DNA of 64,000 nt, taken from a virus. The notes under the pieces are model-generated. The model was not told the origin of the DNA and did not search any database. It was given only the letters and a program-made list of their open reading frames with translations. The stretch is taken from the IMG/VR virus record IMGVR_UViG_3300020182_000010, positions 32,001 to 96,000 of that record. One strand, 5' to 3'. Shown here piece by piece: positions 49,474-58,893 of this stretch (its first letter is position 1; each line of letters opens with the position of its first letter). The position numbers were made by a program, and so were the translations under genes.

Positions 49474-49724
49474 ATATTATCTTGTTGACGTTTCATTTTT
49501 TGCCAACGCTTTCTTCCAGCATCTTTAGCCTTACGTTTTATTTCGCTTGGCTTTACATATTCTTTTCGTGTTCTAATTTCTTGTACTAGTCCTTCTTCGG
49601 TGCATTTCTTTTTAAATCTACGAAATGCTTTTTCAAAGTTTCCATTTTTTACTTCAACAGTCATTCCAGACTTCGCATATCTGTCACTGTCGTTTCCTTT
49701 TACATAGTGATTATTTTTAGTCAT
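49470..49724 (-). CDS. rpsU: ribosomal protein bS21
   Basis: FEKAFRRFKK...EIR.RKEYVKPS..KR. Confidence 0.9.
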   Translation of the reverse strand: MTKNNHYVKGNDSDRYAKSGMTVEVKNGNFEKAFRRFKKKCTEEGLVQEIRTRKEYVKPSEIKRKAKDAGRKRWQKMKRQQDNI

Positions 49725-50241
49725 TTTTTTGTATTAAACCTATAATTCTATTGCCATTTAGTTTTAATGGCTGTTCATATTTCCAGTTGGCTAAACCATT
49801 AGAAATTGCTTCTACAAAAAATGTCAGAACATCATGTGCTTTGGCATTTTCTCGGCCTTTCATTTGTATAGTTATTTTAACCTTAGAACCGTTATCAATA
49901 AACTTCTGTGCTTTGCGCAATTTTATTTGTAAGTCATGAATACCAATTCCAGGTCTGAATTTAACTTCTTTAATGTCAACAGCATTTGCCCTAGCAGATT
50001 TCTCTTGAAATTTCTGACGCTTTTTCAATTCATAATTGTATTTATTAAGACTAATTATTTTCGCTACCGGTGGCTTTGCATCTGGAACCATTAGTACTAA
50101 ATCCAAGCCTTCATCAGTTGCCATACGTTGTGCAGTCTCTTTTGACATCACGCCCAGTGTGTCGCCATCACTTCCTATAATTCGCAACTCATTAACTGTT
50201 ATTTGCTCATTATACTTAATTGCGGATTTGCTTCTATCCAT
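49717..50241 (-). CDS. infC: translation initiation factor IF3
   Basis: NEQI...RII..DG..LG, GLDLV...PPVAKI, KEVKFRP.I..HD, KVKI.I..KGRE. Confidence 0.95.
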   Translation of the reverse strand: MDRSKSAIKYNEQITVNELRIIGSDGDTLGVMSKETAQRMATDEGLDLVLMVPDAKPPVAKIISLNKYNYELKKRQKFQEKSARANAVDIKEVKFRPGIGIHDLQIKLRKAQKFIDNGSKVKITIQMKGRENAKAHDVLTFFVEAISNGLANWKYEQPLKLNGNRIIGLIQKND

Positions 50242-51504
50242 TTATGTGTTTTGCTTAACCTTTTCTTCTTCATTGAACACTAACATTGGTTCTTTGTTTC
50301 CTAAAATGAATTCGTCTGTTATATGCACAGAACGAAGTCCTTGTTTTGCCAATTTTGGCAACTTAAATTGTATTTGTAAAAGTGATTTTTCAATTACACT
50401 TCTCAAACCTCGAGCACCTGTTTTATCAGTTGTTGCTTTTTCAGCAATACAATCAAGAGCAGAATCAGAAATAATTAACTCTACGCCATCAAATCTAAAC
50501 AATTTTTCAAATTGTGCAACAATACTATTTTTAGGCTCAGTTAATACTTGTACTAACTGACTTTTAGTAAGAGAATCAAGTCCAACAATAATTGGAAATC
50601 TGCCCATAAATTCTGGGATGACTCCATATTTTATTACATCTTGTGCTTCTACTTGCTCACGGATATTTATCTTTTTAGTTGATTTATCATAGATAACTGC
50701 ACCAAATCCGATGCCTGCATTTGATGTTACTCTACGTTCAATAATTTTATCAATACCAACAAAGGCGCCGCCTACTATAAACAATATTTTACTTGTATCA
50801 ATTTCAATCATATCTGATCCAGGATGCTTACGCCCACCACTAGGTGGAACACGAACAATTGTACCTTCTACAATTTTAAGCAATGCTTGCTGAACACCTT
50901 CACCACTAACGTCTTTTGTAATAGAAACATTTTCACCTTTTTTGGCTTTTTTATCAATTTCATCAATATATACAATACCTAATTCTGCTTTTTTAACATC
51001 AAAATCTGCAGCAATAAGTAATTTCTGGACTACGTTTTCTACATCGTCGCCTACATATCCACTTTCAGTTAATGAAGTTGCGTCAATTTGTGCAAATGGA
51101 ACATCTAAAAATTTAGCAACTGTTTTTGCAAGTAATGTTTTGCCAGTTCCCGATGGTCCCATAACCATTACATTAGACTTGTCTAATTCTATACCATCTG
51201 AATCATCAGAGTTAATACGTTTATAATGATTATATACTGCAACACTAAGCACTTCTTTTGCTTCGTCTTGTCCAATAACAAATGCATCTAAAAATTCTTT
51301 GATATCTTCTGGGCCTGGAATTGACTCTATACTATCACCACTAGCACTAGTAATAGTCAATTTTTCTTTGGGGTCATGAATTATTTCATAGCACAAGTCA
51401 ATGCACTCATTGCAAATGAACTGATTTGGTCCAGCAATGAGTGTTTTAACTATATCTTTTTCTTTGTTACAAAATGAACAAGTGTAATTTTTAGTATCTG
51501 TCAA
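50242..51504 (-). CDS. clpX: ATP-dependent Clp protease ATPase
   Basis: CSFC...CNEC zinc finger, [23 protein letters not shown] loop, GARGLR; TTG start. Confidence 0.97.
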   Translation of the reverse strand: MTDTKNYTCSFCNKEKDIVKTLIAGPNQFICNECIDLCYEIIHDPKEKLTITSASGDSIESIPGPEDIKEFLDAFVIGQDEAKEVLSVAVYNHYKRINSDDSDGIELDKSNVMVMGPSGTGKTLLAKTVAKFLDVPFAQIDATSLTESGYVGDDVENVVQKLLIAADFDVKKAELGIVYIDEIDKKAKKGENVSITKDVSGEGVQQALLKIVEGTIVRVPPSGGRKHPGSDMIEIDTSKILFIVGGAFVGIDKIIERRVTSNAGIGFGAVIYDKSTKKINIREQVEAQDVIKYGVIPEFMGRFPIIVGLDSLTKSQLVQVLTEPKNSIVAQFEKLFRFDGVELIISDSALDCIAEKATTDKTGARGLRSVIEKSLLQIQFKLPKLAKQGLRSVHITDEFILGNKEPMLVFNEEEKVKQNT

Positions 51505-51516
51505 GTATCACCTATA

Positions 51517-52887
51517 TTATTTTTTATCTAACCAGCCTTGAGTTTCCATTAGACTCGTATTTCGTTTTCTAATTATATCTTCCTCTGTTTCCTCTTTAAC
51601 AGTTTCTTCTATAATAGTATCGTCTATATTAGCGTTAATGTCAAGTTCTTTTTTTTCTTTTTTTGCAAAAATTGCATCAAATATTTCTTCTTGGTGACCA
51701 TTATTACTATTACGATTTTGGAAACTATAATTAGCAGCAATTAATAATAATACTGCCAATGGATCAAAAACAAAAATGAATACAATTATTAACCAACGAA
51801 CTGCATCGTCAATTGTATTTCGTTCAGTATTACCATAAACAAGTTCTGCAATATATTTAATTGGTCCAACTTCTGCTTCTAACATACGAACTTCAGTTTC
51901 TAATTCAAATTTGGTATCTAGTAATTTAGATATACTAGTCTCAGTTTCTTTAACAGTTTCTAGCAATTCTGTGATTTTTTCGGTATTATCAATTTCGGCT
52001 ACACGATCTAGTTGACTACGTAATCGTGTAATAGTTGTTTGCGATTTCTGTACGTCACGGTCAGCAATAGAACGAAGTCTTTTTATTTCAACTCTTGCCT
52101 GTTCAACAACTGACGTATCAATACTATTACGAATATCTTCTACAATATTAACAAGTCTCTTCTTTTCTGATTGTTGTGATATACGAAACTGTTCCACTTT
52201 TTTTGCTGTTTGTGGACCGTAATTGCCATCAGTCTTAACTCCAACTAAGGCTTGTATTTTTTTTATATCATCATTTATAATGAATGACTGTAAATTATCA
52301 AGCGTAGTATCTACTTTAGAAATTTGTAGCAGATATGATTTTACCTGATTATCTGTGCCATTCTGTTCATTTAAAATAATAGCAAGTTGTTCATCAACTG
52401 CAGGTTGAACCCTAGCGTATGCTTGGTCCATACGCATTTGTTCTGCATCTATCTGTGCTTGTATTTCATCGGTGTTATTTGTATTTTGTGTTTCAAGTTT
52501 TTCAATCTTAATTTCTGAACGTGCTATAGTATCTTCATAGCGAACTATATCATTATCTATACGTTCTACACGTGCTTGTGATTGTAAACTTTCACTTGCC
52601 TGCTCTAAGTGAGCACGTGATAAAAAGCCAAAAATGCCCATCGATGTGATGAACATTAATACAATTACTGCAAATGTAAGATAAGATTTTAATAGAAACG
52701 GTGCACGTTTCCAATTACGGTAGACCCAAGATGCAGCAACTAACTTACCTACTTCTAAAGATCCTGCCATTATGGCAACTGGGATTGCCGATGCAGCAAA
52801 AATAGCCACAAGTCCTGCAACTGAAAACCATGCAGCAACCGCGGCTATAGTTAAGGCTACGATAAACACCAAAAGTGAAAAAAACAT
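51517..52887 (-). CDS. membrane protein with coiled coil and PG-binding-like segment
   Basis: 3 N-terminal TM, VKTDGNYGPQT, EVGPIKYIA, VFDPLA TM. Confidence 0.75.
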   Translation of the reverse strand: MFFSLLVFIVALTIAAVAAWFSVAGLVAIFAASAIPVAIMAGSLEVGKLVAASWVYRNWKRAPFLLKSYLTFAVIVLMFITSMGIFGFLSRAHLEQASESLQSQARVERIDNDIVRYEDTIARSEIKIEKLETQNTNNTDEIQAQIDAEQMRMDQAYARVQPAVDEQLAIILNEQNGTDNQVKSYLLQISKVDTTLDNLQSFIINDDIKKIQALVGVKTDGNYGPQTAKKVEQFRISQQSEKKRLVNIVEDIRNSIDTSVVEQARVEIKRLRSIADRDVQKSQTTITRLRSQLDRVAEIDNTEKITELLETVKETETSISKLLDTKFELETEVRMLEAEVGPIKYIAELVYGNTERNTIDDAVRWLIIVFIFVFDPLAVLLLIAANYSFQNRNSNNGHQEEIFDAIFAKKEKKELDINANIDDTIIEETVKEETEEDIIRKRNTSLMETQGWLDKK

Positions 52888-52957
52888 TCTACTCTCCTAA
52901 GGATAATTACAGCCCTCTTCATCTGTATTTATCATTTTGGAGAGTAAAATTTACATA

Positions 52958-53461
52958 TTACATATCTACATTTAAGTATACAGTAGTACCCTTTTTAAAC
53001 CATTGTTGCGTATATAAACGAACTGTTTGCCCACCAATATCAACAGTTACCATATTATCACCACGCACTTGTGATACTTTATTGGTATATGTTGTACGAC
53101 ATTGACGTTCTTGCCGATATCCCACAATAACAGTTTCCTGTTTACCTTTTTTATTAACTTTGTCTGCACCAATAATTGCACCTAAAACGGTCATTGCATC
53201 TTTGCCACTACCGTTACCGAATTGATTGCCGATTGCACCGCCGATAATTGCACCTACTAGAGCATCACCAGAACTGGCTTGTCCTGTTCGGCGTGTTTCA
53301 TAAATTGGAACATCTACTGTATTACATGTTTGAATTGGAACTTCCTGAACAACATCACGATATGTTTCCTTCATTCCAATCACAGTGCCGCGTACCTGTT
53401 CCGCATAAGAAACAGTTGCAGTCATTAAAAGTGCGGCAGTAATTGCCAATACATTTTTCAT
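52958..53461 (-). CDS. glycine-zipper 2TM (YcfJ-like) secreted protein
   Basis: signal peptide; GAIIGGAIGNQFGNGSGK..MT..GA..G. Confidence 0.85.
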   Translation of the reverse strand: MKNVLAITAALLMTATVSYAEQVRGTVIGMKETYRDVVQEVPIQTCNTVDVPIYETRRTGQASSGDALVGAIIGGAIGNQFGNGSGKDAMTVLGAIIGADKVNKKGKQETVIVGYRQERQCRTTYTNKVSQVRGDNMVTVDIGGQTVRLYTQQWFKKGTTVYLNVDM

Positions 53462-53553
53462 TTTTCAAGTCCTCTAATAATGCTTTCAAGTTTTTCTACC
53501 CGTTGTTCAAGTAGAATAATTTTTCTTTCTAGTAGTTGATAATTATCCATCGA

Positions 53554-53940
53554 TTAAGATCCTGTTACAAGTTCAAGTGTGCCATCTTCACCGAATTCAA
53601 AGTCTTCGATATAACGATGATGTGTTCCACTTTGTTTGATGCATGATTCAGCAGCAGCCCACAATGCCTTGATTGAGCCATTTACTGCAAGAGAACTAAC
53701 TTGCATCATAGTGTCGTTAGTACCATTTCGAAAATCTGCATTAATTTCTTCAAACGTTGCGTCTGGACGAACAAACTCATAAGTTACTTTACGAACTTTA
53801 TCGGAGAACAATTCAAACTCAGGACGTCTTGTGCCGAATTCATACATACTCCAAACAGTTGACATGCCCAATTCTTGCTGCATTTCATCAAAGTGGTTCA
53901 TTGCAACTGTGAATTCATCGTATTGCGCTTGATTTGTCAT
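53554..53940 (-). CDS. hypothetical early protein
   Basis: likely start MTNQAQ after AAGGA; follows a promoter cassette. Confidence 0.75.
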   Translation of the reverse strand: MTNQAQYDEFTVAMNHFDEMQQELGMSTVWSMYEFGTRRPEFELFSDKVRKVTYEFVRPDATFEEINADFRNGTNDTMMQVSSLAVNGSIKALWAAAESCIKQSGTHHRYIEDFEFGEDGTLELVTGS

Positions 53941-53957
53941 ACTGTGTTTCCTTTGTT

Positions 53958-54001
53958 TCAATCTATACTTACTTTATACAGTGATTCGTTTAGAATGTCA
54001 A
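53958..54001 (-). promoter_or_regulatory. early promoter cassette (44-bp repeat) with GANTC/YGAKTCG
   Basis: 1 mismatch to 6592-6635. Confidence 0.9.
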
Positions 54002-54009
54002 GCTTTTTA

Positions 54010-54291
54010 TTACGCTGCAGATAACATTTCTGCAGGAACTTTCCAATTCATATATCCCACTTTAACATGAATATAACGACGGTTTACTTTACTGATAACT
54101 CCAGTCTCGACCATATTACTGCGAGTGTTAGTAAATTTAACATTATCGCCAATAACAAATGAACGCACTTTTTGATTGGCTAAGAATCTACCCTGTAATT
54201 GAAGACGGTTATTTACTTCACGACATTGATCGAAATCTGCTTTGCCCAAAAGTGCAAGAACTGTTTCCATTTCAGATGTTGATAGTTTCAT
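54010..54291 (-). CDS. hypothetical early protein (SH3-like C-terminus)
   Basis: IGDNVKF...GVISKVN...W.V; flanked by promoter cassettes. Confidence 0.7.
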   Translation of the reverse strand: MKLSTSEMETVLALLGKADFDQCREVNNRLQLQGRFLANQKVRSFVIGDNVKFTNTRSNMVETGVISKVNRRYIHVKVGYMNWKVPAEMLSAA

Positions 54292-54310
54292 AATAATTCT
54301 CTCTGCTGTT

Positions 54311-54354
54311 TCAATCTATACTTACTTTATATAGTGATTCGTTCAGAATGTCAA
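54311..54354 (-). promoter_or_regulatory. early promoter cassette (44-bp repeat) with GANTC/YGAKTCG
   Basis: 1 mismatch to 6592-6635. Confidence 0.9.
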
Positions 54355-54377
54355 GTATTAATTAAGTTAATATAATA

Positions 54378-54887
54378 TTATATTATATTTTTCTCTCTTT
54401 TTAAATCAAACGGTGTTATTTCCAAATTACTTAATTCAGAAAGAAAAGAACATTCAGTTTGATTATTTAATTTCCATCCAGTTGGACAAATAAATCTACC
54501 AGTTCTTTTTGTATTATATATAAATGCTTTAAAATTTTTATTAATAGATGTTGAATTATAATCTATCTTTTTTGTGCCCTGAAGTGGATTACCAAATAAT
54601 GGTTTCCAATTTCTGGCCTTGCCGTTTGTAGTTGTTGTAAACTTGTTATATTCATAATCAATTAAATATAACTCACTTTGATCACCTACATTTGCATCTG
54701 CCATTGTGTGAAGAAATAATTCAGATGTATGTTGCAATTCATCATCATTTGGCCACTCATACATAGTTGCCAACATTTCCGCATGCTTATACGAAATTGT
54801 TTCCAATGCTAAATTAGTAGTGAGATATCGTTCAAGTATAGAAGCCACTGTAATAGAATATATGAAATCTGGAACTTTATTAGACAT
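54378..54887 (-). CDS. hypothetical protein
   Basis: 169 aa ORF. Confidence 0.6.
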   Translation of the reverse strand: MSNKVPDFIYSITVASILERYLTTNLALETISYKHAEMLATMYEWPNDDELQHTSELFLHTMADANVGDQSELYLIDYEYNKFTTTTNGKARNWKPLFGNPLQGTKKIDYNSTSINKNFKAFIYNTKRTGRFICPTGWKLNNQTECSFLSELSNLEITPFDLKREKNII

Positions 54888-54898
54888 GTTTGTACTTT

Positions 54899-55237
54899 CT
54901 AATCATACTGATCCAATAAATGTGTTTTATCCTCAGTATATCCTTTGGCAGGATTAATTTCATCTGCGCCATTTAATGGTTCTTTTTGGTCTACAATTAC
55001 TTCCCATTTCTCAGACCATTTTGCATTAATATCATATAATCGTTGTGTGAATAACGGATCGGTATCTGCTATAATTGCATCTGCTGGACATTCGGGTTCA
55101 CAAACACCACAATCTATACATTCATCTGGATTGATTACCAGCATTTCTTCACCTTCGTAGAAACAGTCCACTGGACATACTTCTACACAGTCAGTGTACT
55201 TGCATTTAATGCAATCCTGTGTTACTACGTATGTCAT
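54899..55237 (-). CDS. fdxA: dicluster ferredoxin (proteobacterial FdxA type)
   Basis: MTYVV...[18 protein letters not shown]...[12 protein letters not shown]. Confidence 0.95.
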   Translation of the reverse strand: MTYVVTQDCIKCKYTDCVEVCPVDCFYEGEEMLVINPDECIDCGVCEPECPADAIIADTDPLFTQRLYDINAKWSEKWEVIVDQKEPLNGADEINPAKGYTEDKTHLLDQYD

Positions 55238-55500
55238 TGTTGTTCACCGTTAATAATATCATCTAATGCACTAATTATCACAGTGTGATGTAAGATACCA
55301 TCGCCCCATGTTTCGCAATGTTTTTTTCCCGCAGCATCAGCAAGTTCTTTATTACTATATACTCCAAGAAATTTATTAATACTGGAATTATTATTTTTAT
55401 TATATGTATGAACTACATAGATATTTGTGGTTATATTCATCTCTTTCCTATCTTCTCTACTACATCGTAGTATATAATTATTGTTACGTACTTTTATCAA
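55234..55500 (-). CDS. hypothetical protein
   Basis: 88 aa, LGVYS.KELA. Confidence 0.55.
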   Translation of the reverse strand: MIKVRNNNYILRCSREDRKEMNITTNIYVVHTYNKNNNSSINKFLGVYSNKELADAAGKKHCETWGDGILHHTVIISALDDIINGEQQ

Positions 55501-55708
55501 GCATCCATAATTTACTACAATAATAACATGCTGCCCATGGTTTACTATATGTTACATTGATAGAAAATAATGGATGGTCATTGTTATCACAGTATCCACT
55601 CCATTCGTCTGTTAATAGTACTTTTTCTTTTTTTTCTATCAAGTCTGCCTGTCTTATATTTTTCTGTTCTTGTTCTACTTGACTCAGATTAAATCTTTTT
55701 TTTCGCAT
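55484..55708 (-). CDS. CHCC zinc-finger protein
   Basis: CD...HP...CYYC. Confidence 0.65.
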   Translation of the reverse strand: MRKKRFNLSQVEQEQKNIRQADLIEKKEKVLLTDEWSGYCDNNDHPLFSINVTYSKPWAACYYCSKLWMLDKST

Positions 55709-55709
55709 T

Positions 55710-56093
55710 TTACTCTAAACTTCCGTCTTCTCTCATTTGTTTTCTAATTTTAGTGGCACTAATATCATGCATTTCTTTTCCTAAGTCGTGTTCAGTAAAA
55801 GTGTAGCCTACTCCACGTCCATAACTAATATCTACAATATTAGGTACGAGTAATATTACATAATCATGTTCTCTTTTAAATCCTTGTTTGCCTAATTCTA
55901 AACTAATTTTAAACACAATATTTTCAAAATCAAAAGGGTTATCATCTTGTGTTGCTGTGCGTCCAGCACCTGCGTCCTCACCAATAATACCGCCAACATC
56001 ACGTACCATTATGGCAACTTGTCCAGTTTCTTTGTAAGCACGTTTGAATAATTCAGTATGACCATCATGCCAAGGTTGCCATCTTCCTAGCAT
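55710..56093 (-). CDS. HxGH cytidylyltransferase-like nucleotidyltransferase
   Basis: GRWQPWHDGH, YGRGVGY, ISATKIR. Confidence 0.85.
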   Translation of the reverse strand: MLGRWQPWHDGHTELFKRAYKETGQVAIMVRDVGGIIGEDAGAGRTATQDDNPFDFENIVFKISLELGKQGFKREHDYVILLVPNIVDISYGRGVGYTFTEHDLGKEMHDISATKIRKQMREDGSLE

Positions 56094-56115
56094 TTGTGCT
56101 GTAGGTTTTTTGTAA

Positions 56116-56541
56116 TCAAATATTATTAATACCCATCCACCGTTGTACTACTGGCATAAGTTGCTGATGTGCATCGTTAAACCATTTCTCAATATGGTAG
56201 TCAACATCTTCAGGAGTTTCGAATAGTTTATTTGTGTCTTCAAATCGTCCTTCTTTGATAGTATCCATCCACACTGTAAAGTCAGCATCAAACTCTAATC
56301 TAGTTATGTAAGTAGGACACACAAAGTCAACAACTGCTACCTTGCCCGCCATGACTACTCCATCTGCTAAATGACGCATACGTTGCGCATGCCTTACACG
56401 CCCTTTTTTAGTAAAGTCCCAATCATCATACTTAGTACGCACCTCGTCTGCATTAATATGTACGCCATCTATTAGTTTAGCAAACGGTTTTGCAAGTGTG
56501 GTTTTGCCACTGCCAGGTAAACCAAATATTAATATTTTCAT
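56116..56541 (-). CDS. adenylylsulfate kinase-like P-loop kinase
   Basis: GLPGSGKTT, NADEVR, DFT..GR. Confidence 0.8.
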   Translation of the reverse strand: MKILIFGLPGSGKTTLAKPFAKLIDGVHINADEVRTKYDDWDFTKKGRVRHAQRMRHLADGVVMAGKVAVVDFVCPTYITRLEFDADFTVWMDTIKEGRFEDTNKLFETPEDVDYHIEKWFNDAHQQLMPVVQRWMGINNI

Positions 56542-56682
56542 AGATTTGATTCCTTCACAATATTCTCTTTAGAGCATATATACATATTACAGCAATTATT
56601 TATCAATGTCAAGCAAAATTAGTTGTATTTATAATAGCATAAATATATACATATCAAAAGTCTCACAGCAGAAAGAAAAACC

Positions 56683-57309
56683 ATGATACAGTATATTCAT
56701 CAATATGGCGATCAAGTAGCACTACAATCAAATCTAAACTGTGATCATTTGTTACAAGAATTAAGTCAGTTTGATGATGAATGGTCACAATATAATGTAT
56801 TAAAACCAACAATTAGACGACAAGGATTATGCGTATTAAATGAACGAGGAAATGTTGGGCCTGGCCCTGCACTTAATTCTCTTAGAGAATGGAATAAAAA
56901 ATACAATACTACTTTTTCTGAATCTGATTTTAATAAGCCTACCGAAGTATATAATAATAGTTTACAACTACAATCTATACTTGGAGAAATTCTTCCATAT
57001 TGTGTTAGAACCCATTTTTTAAGATTGGGACCAGGAGGATTTTTCCCACCACACCGAGATCATATTGGGAAAGAGCAATCTACATTTAGATTAATTGTTC
57101 CGATTAAGGCATTCAATCCACCAGATGCACGATTTATGATAGAAGATAGATCATTGTATTGGGAAGAGGGTAGAATGTATGCAGTAAACACAACCAAAGA
57201 ACACACATTGTTTAATGCTAGTAATCAAGATAGTATCTGGTTAGTAATTAATGCTAAAGTATGCGATGAAACTATTAGATTTGTGTCAAAAAATTTAAAA
57301 AGTAGATAA
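56683..57309 (+). CDS. Asp/Asn beta-hydroxylase-like Fe/2OG oxygenase
   Basis: GGFFPPHRD...EGRMY..NTTKEH..FN; ATAAATA upstream. Confidence 0.75.
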   Translation: MIQYIHQYGDQVALQSNLNCDHLLQELSQFDDEWSQYNVLKPTIRRQGLCVLNERGNVGPGPALNSLREWNKKYNTTFSESDFNKPTEVYNNSLQLQSILGEILPYCVRTHFLRLGPGGFFPPHRDHIGKEQSTFRLIVPIKAFNPPDARFMIEDRSLYWEEGRMYAVNTTKEHTLFNASNQDSIWLVINAKVCDETIRFVSKNLKSR

Positions 57310-57804
57310 GTTAGATTGATGTAACTCATTAATTGTTTCTACATACGACATACTTATTACTATTCTGTTGTGTGGACTTTTAGAGTTATCTATCCTATGT
57401 GGAATGTCTACTCTCCAGCATTTTGGAGTTTGTAAATCTATAGTTTCTAAAACATTGTTACTTTCCATAGACTCCATATACTGAAATACACTAGTTTCAT
57501 GTACATTAACAGGAATATTAATTGCAGTGATCCGTTGTCTTATACCGCTTGCGTCTGCTTTATCATCAACGTGTGTTGCACATACACTATTTTTTGGTAC
57601 TGTAATAATTGCAGCATAACTAGGAGATATTGGCAGTGCATCAAAAATGTATGATAATTTGCTCATTTCCGATTGTGTCATAAGATGCGGTATTATTGTC
57701 CACGATGCATAAAGTGGGTTAGTTGGATTGTTACTTATATGAGTTATCCATTCTATATCGTCGGGACGAATAGATGGAACGTTTTTAATTTCAAACCATT
57801 TCAT
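57295..57804 (-). CDS. Fe/2OG oxygenase-like protein
   Basis: HVD...AINIP...PH..N....R. Confidence 0.7.
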   Translation of the reverse strand: MKWFEIKNVPSIRPDDIEWITHISNNPTNPLYASWTIIPHLMTQSEMSKLSYIFDALPISPSYAAIITVPKNSVCATHVDDKADASGIRQRITAINIPVNVHETSVFQYMESMESNNVLETIDLQTPKCWRVDIPHRIDNSKSPHNRIVISMSYVETINELHQSNLSTF

Positions 57805-58283
57805 TTTTGTATCCTTTGTATATCTCCAATAGCGTCTGGCTCTCGGGTATGAACTGTAATTGCTATTCGTGTATTAGTTAACTCAGTAATATTATGATAT
57901 GTACTTACTGTGATATTATGCCAAACATTGTTTGGAAAGATTTCTCTTTCAATTTCATTTAAATCATCATCATACCATACAGTATTAACATTTCCGCCTG
58001 TATTGATAATGTAATTGTAACAGTTTGTTCTGCCAAAGTCTTTATGTATAGGTAAGTCCTGTGTTATTAATTGGAATGATATATCTACATCATTATCAAA
58101 ATATGGTTGTAAAAACGATTTTATCTCTTGTGGCGCAGTATGCAATGAGTACTTAGGCACTACATTATTTGGAGGTTCTACTCCGCTAAAATCTCTCGGG
58201 ATTTTTCGTATTTCATCTTCTGTGAACTTATCGATGATATCATTTGGAATTTGTGGAATATTCGGACAGTAACGATATAACAT
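57801..58283 (-). CDS. Fe/2OG oxygenase-like protein
   Basis: PIHKD...NY...YH.I.....R. Confidence 0.7.
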   Translation of the reverse strand: MLYRYCPNIPQIPNDIIDKFTEDEIRKIPRDFSGVEPPNNVVPKYSLHTAPQEIKSFLQPYFDNDVDISFQLITQDLPIHKDFGRTNCYNYIINTGGNVNTVWYDDDLNEIEREIFPNNVWHNITVSTYHNITELTNTRIAITVHTREPDAIGDIQRIQK

Positions 58284-58293
58284 TAATTTACCT

Positions 58294-58893
58294 TTATACT
58301 AAGTGTTGAGTAAGTTCTCTGAAAAACTTCCAATCTGTTTTTTTATTATTAAATTTGAAAATCATTATTGCTCTTTGATGCGATTGTGGCAGTGGATTAA
58401 AAACACTATGCCATTTTTGATTATTAAATAGAACTGGAGTATCAGTTAATGCAAATTCATATGCGTGTGCTAATTCTCCGCTACTATACGCTTCACTTTT
58501 TTTCATTTTCTCGCCTATCACTTCGTCTATAGGTTCCCAGAAACTAGTAGTAATTTGTTCATTGCATCCAAAGACAGGGATATTTATACTACATGGATAA
58601 TTAATATTATCAGGATGATTGTCTCTATGGATAGGAATAAATTGTTTACTTCTGCGTTGGTCATGAAAATATCCAATCCACACACGGTCTATTACCATAT
58701 ATTCGTGTAGTTCCTTTGGTATTAAATGAAGTGCGGAATCTGTCATCGGTTCACTATTTAAAAACACTTGTTTCTTTTCATCATAGTGCTTATGAAATAT
58801 ATGATTTGCGACAGTAGTATCAATATTCAACGGAACAACATAGTCACTAATACTGTATTGAGTGTTATGTGTAATTGATTTCATTAAATCCAA
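58294..58893 (-). CDS. Fe/2OG oxygenase-like protein
   Basis: PIHRD...SINIP...WHSV.N....R. Confidence 0.7.
   Translation of the reverse strand: MDLMKSITHNTQYSISDYVVPLNIDTTVANHIFHKHYDEKKQVFLNSEPMTDSALHLIPKELHEYMVIDRVWIGYFHDQRRSKQFIPIHRDNHPDNINYPCSINIPVFGCNEQITTSFWEPIDEVIGEKMKKSEAYSSGELAHAYEFALTDTPVLFNNQKWHSVFNPLPQSHQRAIMIFKFNNKKTDWKFFRELTQHLV

Noticed and set aside
44464-51504. Bacterial chromosome segment or prophage boundary, given the many housekeeping genes
   Set aside because: The genes are interleaved with phage hypotheticals and TAAATA promoters, composition looks uniform, and bacterial operon context (clpP, rpmI/rplT, clpA) is absent.
5317-54354. Dispersed 44-bp repeats as a CRISPR array or attachment sites
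   Set aside because: They are separated by whole genes or many kb, and they contain -35/-10 boxes oriented toward genes.
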